The translations under genes and the position numbers were made by a program. From Octopus bimaculoides (Eukaryota), in the NCBI RefSeq assembly GCF_001194135.2, contig NC_068987.1, forward strand, positions 104,116,819-104,167,600: a DNA stretch of 50,782 bases. The letters run 5' to 3'. Below the pieces are notes generated by a model. That model worked only from the letters and a program-made list of their open reading frames with translations, did not search any database and was not told where the DNA came from. This document shows, piece by piece, positions 25,725-37,500 of this stretch (within the stretch, counting starts at the first letter, position 1; the number at the start of each line of letters is the position of its first letter).

Positions 25725-28700
25725 GGGAGAGAGAGAGGGAGAGAGAGGGAGGGAGAGAGAGAGTAAAGTGGGTGAGAGTAAGAGAGTAAAGAGGGAAGGA
25801 GTTAGGGATGAATACAGCAATGGTGTCCCTGAGCAAGCAACTAATTCAAGGGAGATAATAAATTTTTCATAGTATTTGGTGGGATAAGAAAGTTTGGTGC
25901 AGCTCCTCAGCTTACCATCCCTGGTCAAACTATCCAACCTATGCCAGCATGGACAATGGACATTAAATTATGATGATGATGATGATGATGAAGAGAACAC
26001 ACAGTAAATTTTTTATGCTGTTGCTTACTTGTAATGAAGTCCTTAAAATTTCTAGTCAGTGGTAATCTTGTATAGCACTATTTCATCCTTTTTAGAAATC
26101 ATCAGCATGACATAACCCAAGATATGTAAATTAAACATTTTATGAAATGAGATATTTGTTATGGATGGAAAATAATAACAGCTGGGAAGAAATTTTTATC
26201 AATACGATGAAAAAGTTTTATCATGGCAACCGAATAATTGTCGCATATTATTTACAGATAAATTCCTCTATTTACATAATATCGAGGTCTCTTTTTTTCT
26301 TTTGTTGTCTTACTTTTTCTATCAATATATATATATATATATATAAACATAATTAAGGGGTCAGCAACAGTTGCTTCACCACATACCAAAGTTCAGAAAT
26401 AGCAGCTAAAGTGAAACAACTGTTGCTGATCCCTTAATTATGTTTATAAATTTATAAGAACTTTTAAATAAGTTCTTTACCGATAATGGTGTTTACATAC
26501 CGAAGTGCTTGGTAAAAATTATTAAATATTAATTTATTAATAAATTAATAATCCTTTACCCTTTTATTTATATATATATATGTATAGGGACTCTCACTCA
26601 GAGTAAAAGGCAGACTGTATGACGCATGCGTACGAACAACCATGCTACATGGCAGTGAAACATGGGCTGTAACTGCTGAGGACATACGTAAGCTCGCAAG
26701 GAATGAAGCCAGTATGCTCCGTTGGATGTGTAATGTCAATGTGAATACCCGTCAGAGTGTAAGTATCTTGAGAGAAAAGCTGAACATTAGAAGCATCAGT
26801 TGTGGCATGCAAGAGAGACGATTGCGCTGGTATGGACATGTGGTGAGAATGGAGGAGGATAGCTGCGTGAAAAAGTGCCACACCCTAACANNNNNNNNNN
26901 NNNNNNNNNNNNNNNNNNNNNNNNNNNNNNNNNNNNNNNNNNNNNNNNNNNNNNNNNNNNNNNNNNNNNNNNNNNNNNNNNNNNNNNNNNNNNNNNNNNN
27001 NNNNNNNNNNNNNNNNNNNNNNNNNNNNNNNNNNNNNNNNNNNNNNNNNNNNNNNNNNNNNNNNNNNNNNNNNNNNNNNNNNNNNNNNNNNNNNNNNNNN
27101 NNNNNNNNNNNNNNNNNNNNNNNNNNNNNNNNNNNNNNNNNNNNNNNNNNNNNNNNNNNNNNNNNNNNNNNNNNNNNNNNNNNNNNNNNNNNNNNNNNNN
27201 NNNNNNNNNNNNNNNNNNNNNNNNNNNNNNNNNNNNNNNNNNNNNNNNNNNNNNNNNNNNNNNNNNNNNNNNNNNNNNNNNNNNNNNNNNNNNNNNNNNN
27301 NNNNNNNNNNNNNNNNNNNNNNNNNNNNNNNNNNNNNNNNNNNNNNNNNNNNNNNNNNNNNNNNNNNNNNNNNNNNNNNNNNNNNNNNNNNNNNNNNNNN
27401 NNNNNNNNNNNNNNNNNNNNNNNNNNNNNNNNNNNNNNNNNNNNNNNNNNNNNNNNNNNNNNNNNNNNNNNNNNNNNNNNNNNNNNNNNNNNNNNNNNNN
27501 NNNNNNNNNNNNNNNNNATATATATATATATATATATCCATTTTGTTTTTTGGTCCTAAGTCTGGCTGAAAAAAGAGGAGGGTTGTGGCATGGAGTTAGC
27601 AACCTTATCCCGTGGAAACATTCAGCTGCTACAGAAACAATGATCATGGACCAAGATATTGCTGATGGACATAGAAATGAAGGTACATCGTCTCAGGATG
27701 GACATATGATGAAAGCAGGTCAACGCTGAAAGGAAACCTGGATCCTGATGAATCAGATCTTCAATGCCCAAACCACCACCACCACCAAAAGTGCAACATG
27801 GAGTGAGACTGGGTTGCACCTTGTTTCTGATTCTGATTGGCTTCATCACATGGAAAGCAATGAATAGCCCCAATTTTGGGATAATGTGGGGACTGACGGA
27901 TTTGGATTTCACAGATGACTTGGTGTTATTAAGCTCCAACAAAGATACGCTATGTATTAGTGCTGAAAAGACCAAAGCCATGTCAACTGGTGGAGCCCAA
28001 GCAAAACTTGTCAGTCTTGGATAAGATGAAATTGAGTGTGTTGATAAGTTTACATATCTTAGAATTTGTATTTCCATCGACTGTGATGCAGAAGTTGACC
28101 AGGGTAGGTAAAGCAATGTCAGTATTCCAATGCCTTCGTCCAATATGGAGATCAAAAACCACCGACAAGAAGATAAAGTTGCAGCTATACTCATCTATTT
28201 TTATACCAATGGCCATCTACATCTGTGAATCCTGGAAGAAGGCAACACAGATTTCAGTTGCTGAAAATGTTCCATTGATCCTGTCAATGTTCAATCCTGG
28301 GTTTCTCTTATCAGGACAAAGTGAGAAACAAAGAAGAGATGAAAAGAACTAATATGGGAAGTTTACAGGACATGGTGACTAAGTGGCAGATATGGTTTAT
28401 TGGCCATGTGCTTTGAATACTGTAGGAGAGAGACATCCTACCACTGTGATGGAGTGGATGCTGGAGGGAGGTAAAAGAACAAGAGGAAGACCAAAAAGAT
28501 GTGGCACAGTTCATTCTTGGATGATGTAATAATGATGTGAATTGGCTTGAGTGGAGTCAGGAGGAAGGTGAACAATTGGGATGTTTGAAGAAAGCTTGTT
28601 GCTTGTTGTGCTGGTGGAGATGCAATGGCCCAGTGGTTAGGGCAGCGGACTCGTGGTCATAGGATCGCGGTTTCGATTCCCAGACCGGACGCTGTGAGTG

Positions 28701-31700
28701 TCTATTGAGCGAAAACACCTAAAGCTCAACAAGGCTCCAGCAGGGGATAGTGGCAAACTCTGCTGTACTCTTTCACCACAACTTTCTCTCACTCTTACTT
28801 CCTGTTTCTGTGGTACCTGTATTTAAAAGGGCCAGCCTTGACACACTGTGTCACGCTGAATATCCCCGAGAACTACTTTAAGAGTATATGTGTCTGTGGA
28901 GTGCTCAGCCACTTGCACGTTAATTTCACGAGCAGGCTGTTCCGTTGATCGGATCAACTGGAACCCTCGACGTCGTAAGCGACGGAGAGCCAACAACAGC
29001 TTGTTGTGCTGACAACACTGGAGGATCTAAAAGCTAAGAGTCAGTATGGGTGGGGTGTGTCTGCCTGTGTGTCTTTGTCTTGGCATCACATGATGGTTGT
29101 AAATGAGCCACCATCATCACACAAGCGATGTTGTTCATTTCTTATCTTCCATGAAAACATGTCTGGCTATAAGGAAATATTACTTTGCTAGGAACTAGGT
29201 GAGGGCACCCAGCTCCAATGAATTCCCTTGAACCCATGCAAACATACCAAAGTGGATGTTAAAACAGTGATGAAATATTGATGATGATAATGATGATAAT
29301 GATGTTAATGATTCTATTGTAAATGACCTCAAGAAAATGGTAATCATAAAAATGGAGCCAGAATGGCAGAGAAGGTAAAATTAGAGATAGTAAGAAAATG
29401 TTGTTAGCATGGTTCAATGTAGTAGGCCAAGAAATTTAAATTTATTGAAAACTGCAACTTTACTGATAAGAACAAATCATTATCTGAATACTAATAGAGA
29501 CTAACGAAGAATGTTAATCAAGCATGGAATGCAGCGAGGGATAAGTGTTAGTCAGTCTGTCTGTCTGTATCTCTCTCTCGCTCTCACACTCTCCCTCTCT
29601 TTCTATATATATATATATATATGGGAGAATATACGAAAAAACAACAACAGACGAGGACAGGTGGTGTAAATAACAAAAGGATGTATTAGTATGACGCTCG
29701 GGAATACGGAAAGTCTTTGACGTTTCGAGCTATGCTCTTCAACAGAAAGAATACGGAGACAAGGAGAAAAACACGGAGAAAAAAAATTGAATAGTATCCA
29801 GTCAACGGTCAACCTGAGTCTAGAATGATATAATGGCCCATTTATAACAACAACGGAGAAGAACATGCAATGCTACTGCTTCTGTCAATTCATGTCAGTG
29901 ATAAGCAATTATTTTATAGTGTGCAACATGAAATGCAATGTTAAGCCTTGGATTTAAATTTCTTACATTACCTTTACAACAACTATCTGTTATCAGTAAG
30001 AAACTAATTATATCTGCAGTATAATCATTCAGTCAACAGGTCATGCCAGTTGACTTCCTAAAAATGAACTCAGAATACTCGAGTATTCTGAGTTTATTTC
30101 TAGGAAACTTTTAATGATCTTAGATACCATTTGGTAAAGATAAATACTAATATTGTTGTATTTGGGGATGGTAATGTTGCCAGTTTAACCAATAAAAACA
30201 CATGCACTATATATTTGGTGTTAATTTGCTTCAGCTTTATATTACATTACATTAATCATATTTCGGCCAGAGTTCTTTCGTCACACTTCTGTGACCTCAT
30301 TAGTGGTCCTTTGCTTTCTTCTTTCTTATTTGTGTGTCCCTCCTTACTAATAGTCAGCCATTTTGTATTTTGTATTCCTATTGTATGTGTCTATATTTGC
30401 GCATGCGTATCCCTCTATGTGTGTCTATGTGTGTTTTTATTGGCTAAACTGGCAACATGNNNNNNNNNNTGTGTTTTTATTGGCTAAACTGGCAACATGA
30501 CCATCCCCAAATACAACAATATCTGTTTCAACACATGGTTTCACATCAAGAATCTTGCAAAACAAATACATAAATGGTAAATACTAATAGTTTCTCTAAT
30601 AGCATGCTGAAAGTAACAGCACAAGCTTTCTTGTTGTGGGGGCTCCTGACATAAATTGCCTGTAAATTGAGCAATCATTAATTCCAGGCTTTAAATATTT
30701 TTCTTGTTACACAAATAAAATCACAAATATCCTTCTTTGTATGATTTGAACAAAAAAAAAAATGGAAAGAAATAATTTCGACATGAAACAATAACACTTC
30801 ATGGAAGAGTTGAAACAGTGTATCATAGAAATAACAGGTAAGCTTTCCAGATATCAGAAAATAATAGATCAGCATCAACAGAACAGAGTTTTTGAGACAG
30901 ACCAGAGGAGATTTTATCACGAAATAAATAGTGTAGAAGAAACTACTGAAGATGAGAAATCTAATGCAGAAGAATCCAGAAAGTTCTGGAGTGATATTTG
31001 GGATAAGCCAATTAATGACAGAAATGTAGTATGGTAAAAGAAAATGGGGGCAGACGTAGTTAGTGAGAAGCAGCCAGATCTAAAACTAACGAGTGCATTA
31101 ATGGGAAAAAGGTTAGGAAGAATGCTGAATCGGAAGGGCCCAGGACTAGATTTAGTTCAAGGGTACTGGTTAAAGAAATTTAGTAGCTTACAAGAGCAAC
31201 TGAGGGAATGACTTCAAGATTGCCTGAATGGAGAAGACATACCTAACTGGATGACTAGAAGGAGAATAGCACTCCTTATGAAAGAGAAAAGCAAGGGCAA
31301 TACAGCTAGTAGAAGACATGCGTAGACGGGAGAGAAATGAAGGCAGTATGCTCCATTGGATGTGCAACACCAGTGTGCATGTATGACAAAATGCAAACGT
31401 AAAAAGCACTATTTGAGTGTGATCGTTACCAGCGTCGCCTTCCTGGCACTTGTGCCGGTGGCATGTGAAAAGACATTCGAGTGAGATCATTGCCAGTGCC
31501 GCTGGACTGGCTCCTGTGCAGGTGGCATGCAAAAAATACCATTTTGAACGTGGTTGTTGCCAGTACCACCTGACTGGCCTTCGTGCCAGTGGCACGTAAA
31601 AGCACCCACTACACTCTCGGAGTGGTTGGCGTTAGGAAGGGCATCCAGCTGTAGAAACTCTGCCAAATCAGATTGGAGCCTGGTGTAGCCATCTGGTTCG

Positions 31701-33784
31701 CCAGTCCTCAGTCAAATCGTCCAACCCATGCTAGCATGGAAAGCGGACATTAAACGATGATGATGATGTATTGAGAGAAAAGTTGAGCATAAGATGAATT
31801 AAATGTAGCTTGCAAGAAAGAAGACTATGTTGGTTTGGACATGTGATGCATATGAATGAGGACATCTGCATAAAAAAATGCTGATCACTGAAAATGGATG
31901 GTACCTGTGGAAGAGGGAGACCCAAGAAGACATGGGATGAAATGGTAAGGACTGATCTCAGGATGTTGGGTCTCACAGAGGAAATGACAATGGACCAAGA
32001 TCTCTGGTGATATCAGGTACTTGAGAAAACCTGCACATGTCAGTGAAACTGAGTTCTAGAAGCGCTGTGTGTCTCACCCACACGTAAGTAGAAAACTTCT
32101 CACACACCCCACCACAACAAACCAAACTACATCTCTTCTCTTCCTCAGATTTCCTCTTTCATGTAATATGCTTACCCCCCACTCCCCAATCCTGTCCTCT
32201 TGGCTCTGACTCACTGTATCATTGCTATCTGCTAGCCCCCCCGATCTGTGTGTTCCACCCAGACATAACAAGAAATCTTTTCACACCCTACCCCAACAAA
32301 CCAATCTATATCTCTACATCTCTTCTCTTCCTCACATTTCCTCCTTCCTGCACTATGCCTATCTCTCACTCTCCAATCCTGTCCTCACGGGGTCCTGTTT
32401 CTCTGTGTCATTGCTATCTGGTAGCCCCCGCCCCACTCACTTCCCCTCCCTACTCTCTAATCATGCTTCTTTGGCAATATCTTGCCACTTATATTATGAC
32501 GTTTGAACCTCAAGGGTATGCCCTGGCATTTGCCACCATCTATATCTCTCTCTGCCTTTACTCGACCATCCCATTTATATTCTGATCCCTGTCCCTTGTG
32601 AGTTTGCCTGGCACTTTGCCATCATATCTCTTCTGATATCTCCCACTCTCTCTCTCCTTCTGCACTTCCCTCAGGTTGGGTAATCATATATCTCCTTTCC
32701 AGCAGCACACCTGTTTCTGTCCTCATTCCTGATCTCTCTCCCTCTCTCTCCGGCCGAGTAATCATGTACCTCCTCCACAGCAAGACACCTGTTTCTGTCT
32801 TTCTGTTTCATTATAACCTTTCATCATTTGACACAAGACCACCTCCTCCAATGCTCCTTCCCTTCTCAAAAGATTTTTGTCTTGTAGGTTACTTGGTGAC
32901 CCTGTCAATGCAGGTGCCACTTGAAAAGCATCCAATCCACACTGTAAAGCATTTGGGGTTTGGAAGGGCATCCAGCTGTAAAAACCTTGCCAAATCTGAC
33001 CTCGTCTGTGCTTGTGCCATGTAAAAAGCACTAAGTCCATTCTGCTGGGTGGTTGGTGTTAGGAAAGGCATCTAGCTGGAAAATCCCAGCCAAAACAGTC
33101 ACAGAAGTCTGGTGCTGGCTCCTGTCAAACCGTTTCACCCATGCCAGCATGGAAGGTGAGCATTAAACAATGACGATGATGATGTGCACATTCACTATTC
33201 AGATCAAAGTAGCACATTTTAACACATTTTATTCTCTCAACAAAATCCGTTTTCTCACCAAGCAAGAAAATGAAATTATGTGGGCTGACCAATCACTCTC
33301 ACTCTATAAATAACTCGACTAATGTATTACCAATACTTTTCCTTTTTTATCTTACTTATACAGAGACCACATTGTAAGCTTTACAAAGGTTAATACATCA
33401 CTGTCAGTAGCTGGTTATTTCAAGTGTAAAGCTACATCATACATTCCGTACCAAATTTGTTTCTATGAAATAAGTAGAAAAGAAAAAAAAAAAGCCACCA
33501 AAGGGTAAACAAAACTTACTTTATTGTGAGAGACTTTGAAATATTTAATACTATTCCAGCCATATCGACCTCATAATAATTTTGTAGGCAGGGGTCAGTT
33601 ATTATGTTTGCGGTGGTAAATACCTGGTATAAGTAAAAGAAAATATAATCTTTAGCATGATTTTGAAATATTTGGATTTTATAGGTTCATTTCCGATCAA
33701 ACACACACAGAGTGACAGCTTTAATGCAGTAATAAACCCCAATCACCCACCAGCAGAATTATATATATAAAAAAGAAAGAAAAT

Positions 33785-33815
<31 letters not shown>

Positions 33816-34548
33816 TTTAAAAAAAATTATTTTGCTTGTTTCAATCACTGGAATGCAGTCATGCTGGGATACCAGCTTAACCCTTTAGTGTTTGCATTAT
33901 TCTACCAAAATTAATGCTTTTTCATCCACATTGTTTTGAACTAATCATGCATTATCTTGTGGTTATGAAATTTTGATGAGGTAGCTGTTAATTTATAAAA
34001 CGATATTGTAGGGTTGGTGTGAGAGACCAGATCTGACCAGTTTGAACATAAAACAGGCAGAATACTTTTGGCCGGATATGGCCCGTTTAAATGCTAAAGG
34101 GTTAAAGGATTTAGTTGAACAAATCCAATCCAGTATTTATCTTTTATTCTTTACTTGTCTGAGTCATTAGACTGTGGCCATCCTGGGGCAGTGCCTTGAG
34201 GAATTTTAGTCTCTTTCTCTCTCTCTCTCTCTCTTGCCTCTCTCTTTTTAATCATACACCCATGCCTGCACCTCCACATATAACACAAGGCTTAGCTTGT
34301 GTTTTTTTTTCTCCACTTCATCGTAGAAATTCTAAATGCTTGATGACTTTTGTCACTGATAATGCAATAACAGCAGTTTGAAAGTAGGTCAGTTGCAAGT
34401 TGGAAGGAGGAGCTCTTCTCTGTTGCTGTGAATGCTAGATGGCAAAAGACTATGATGAGTTGCAAGGCAAGTGCATGCCAGGTCGTCATGGAGAAAATGG
34501 GCATATGATGATGATGATGATGGTAGTGGTGATCATAATAAGCATGTA

Positions 34549-34591
<43 letters not shown>

Positions 34592-37500
34592 TTATTAATA
34601 TTTCTAAGTCTCTCTAAAGGAGACTACGGCAGCGGTACTGGAAATTAATAGTTATCGCCAAGCCAACATGGCAGTCCCAAAATTAGGACGAAAGCTGCCG
34701 TGAATTAGCTCCAAGAAGCCATCGCCTCTAGCTAGCTATGTGACACACGAAATCTGTGTCCTTTATAACCTTCGAACAGGGGAGGCCGCCTTATTTTGTC
34801 AAAAGTTTCTGCTTATTTATTCCCATTGTTTTGAGTTAGTCATGTATAATATCATAGCTTTGAGACTTCAATGATGTGATTATGTAGTTTAATTTTAGAA
34901 TGATGTTATAGGGTGGGTGTGAAAGGCTGGGTCTGATATGGTCAGTTAAAATGTTAAAGGGGTTAAAGGGGTTAATGTCTATCTGACAGATGAGTATATA
35001 TTACTGAGTTAATGTTTCAGAGCTGGAGGCTCTTCCTGTCACTAACCTTTACAAGTTTCTCAAGTAAAGTTTCCACTCTCCTCATCTTTGGAAGTTCCAA
35101 ACTACCAGATGATTTGTCGATAGGAAATATAAACAAATATCATTGTCTGTAAGTTTTGTCATGTGAAACACAGAATGTAAACACTTACATACACACAGGT
35201 ACAAGCTGGTAAGGGAAAACTTAAAGTTTGCAGAAGAGGGAGACGGAGATGCAAGACAACATGCGACAAAGTGATGAAGGCTAATGCCAGGAGCTTGAAC
35301 CTCCAAGAGAAGATGACAAAAGAGTGGGATGACTGGTAATATGTGGTTCTTGAATAGACCCACCTCAGTGAAACAGTTTTGGTAGCACTGTGTGTGTGTG
35401 TATGTGCATGAATATATATCATCATCATTCATCATTTAACGTCCGCTCTCCATGCTAGCATGGGTTGGACGGTTTGACTGAGGACTGGTGAACCAGATGG
35501 CTACACCAGGCTCCAATCTCATCCGGCAGAGTTTCTACAGCTGGATGCCCTTCCTAACGCCAACCACTCCGAGAGTGTAGTAGGTGCTTTGGAAATGGGC
35601 TGTGCGTGAGAAGACCCGGCAAGCCAAGTAAGATCGTTGCCAGTGCCCCTGGACTGGTTCTTGTGCGGGTGGCACATGAGATGCACCATTTTGAGCGTGG
35701 CCGTTGCCAGTACCGCCTGACTGGCTCCTGTAGGATTTTCGAGCGAGATCGTTGCCAGTGCCCCTGGACTGGCTTGTGCGGGTGGCACATAAAAGACACC
35801 ATTTCGAGCGTGGCCGTTTTCGTGCGGGTGACACGTAAAAGCACCCACTACACTCTCTGAGTGGTTGGCGTTAGGAAGGGCATCCAGCTGTAGAAACTCT
35901 GCCAAATCAGACTGGAGCCTGGTGTTGCCATCCGGTTTCACCAGTCCTCAGTCAAATCGTCCAACCCATGCTAGCATGGAAAGCGGACGTTAAACGATGA
36001 TGATGATGATGATGATGATAACTGTATCAGATAGCCAAAAGGGAAGCTAGGAGACAGGTATATCTAGCCAGGAGAGAAGCAGAAAAGAAGTTTGCCTATT
36101 TTCAGTGACGTAGAGATCAAGGACTTGAAGTGTTTTGGATTGCAAGACAGTGTGCAAGAGAAAATTGTGATGTTTGCATGGAAGATGGTGTACTTGCATT
36201 TAATGATTCTGTAAAGAAAGAGGCTTGGAAATACCATTATGAAAGACTGCTGAACGTGGAGAATGAATGGGAAGAGGAGAGTCTGCCAAATGTCAACCCA
36301 GTTGAGGGATCAGCTATCCGAATTGACAGTACCTTGGTAGATAAAACAATTAAGGATATGAAGATAGGGAAAGCCCACCCCAACTCCCACCAGCCCATCA
36401 GGAATCACTACGGAGATTCCTAAAATATCTGGTGGTGTGGGTTATGGTCTAGTTACCCATATTGTAAATACATCAGCCTTCATCACTTTGTTTTATGTTA
36501 TCTTGCATTCCCATCTCCCGCTTCCATAAACTTTAAGTTTTTCCCTTATAAGCTTGTATGTGTGTGTATGTAAATGTTTATATTCTGTGTTTCACATGAC
36601 AAAGGTAAAGGTGACACCTCAGACAAAAGCAATTACAGAGGTATCAAATTATTGGATCAGTTGATGAAACTTATGGAGAGGGTCATAGCCCATCTAATTA
36701 GGGAGAGAGTTAGTCTAGATGAGATGCAGTTTGGGTTTGTGCCAGGGAAAGAGTATTTCCTTTGCGGCAGCGCACCTGTTTCTGTCTTCATTCCTGATCT
36801 CTCTCTTTCACTCTCTCTCTCTTCCCCTGCCAGGTGACCTTGTACCTCCTCTACAGCAAGACACCTGTTTCTGTCTCTCTGTCTCACTTATAACCTTTCA
36901 TCATCTGACACAAGATCGCCTCCTCCAATGCCCCCTCCCCTCTTGAAAGGTTTTTTTTCGTCTTGCAAGTACTTGGTGACCCTGTCAGTGCGGGTGCCAC
37001 TTAAAAGCACCCCGGTTCACACTGTAAAGTGGTTGGTGTTCTGAAGGGCATCCAGCTTTAAAAACCTTGCCAAAACTGACCTTGCCTGTGCTTGTGCCAT
37101 GCAAAAAAACACTAAGTCCACTCTGCTGGGTGGTTGGTGTTAGGAAGAGCTCCCTGCTGTAAAAATTCTGCCGAAACAGTTATAGAAGTTTGACGCAGAC
37201 TTCTGCTTGGCCAGCTCTTGTCAAACCGTCCCATCCATGTCAGCATAGAAAAGGGATGTTAAACAATGATGATGATTATGATACATACGTACATATACAT
37301 ACAATTAGAACAAAAGTAACACAAAAGTTTCTAACATATCTATATATCTGTTTAAAATTATCGCTGTGGATCCTACCTTTCTTGGAGAATATATTTCCGA
37401 AAGCTTGCTTGCATCTATTTTCAGACATTCAAAGTGAGTTGATCGAGTCACAGTCAAGTGGACAGATGTAGTTTTCAGGGATTGAAATCTGTAAATTGGC

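Noticed and set aside
26642-27729. Long ORFs in the track here and at 17259-17835, 39625-40211 and 44384-45062
   Set aside because: Length comes from N-runs translated as X; the real parts are transposon fragments.
30430-30500. 30-bp direct repeat around a 10-N gap
   Set aside because: Typical unmerged contig overlap; assembly artefact.
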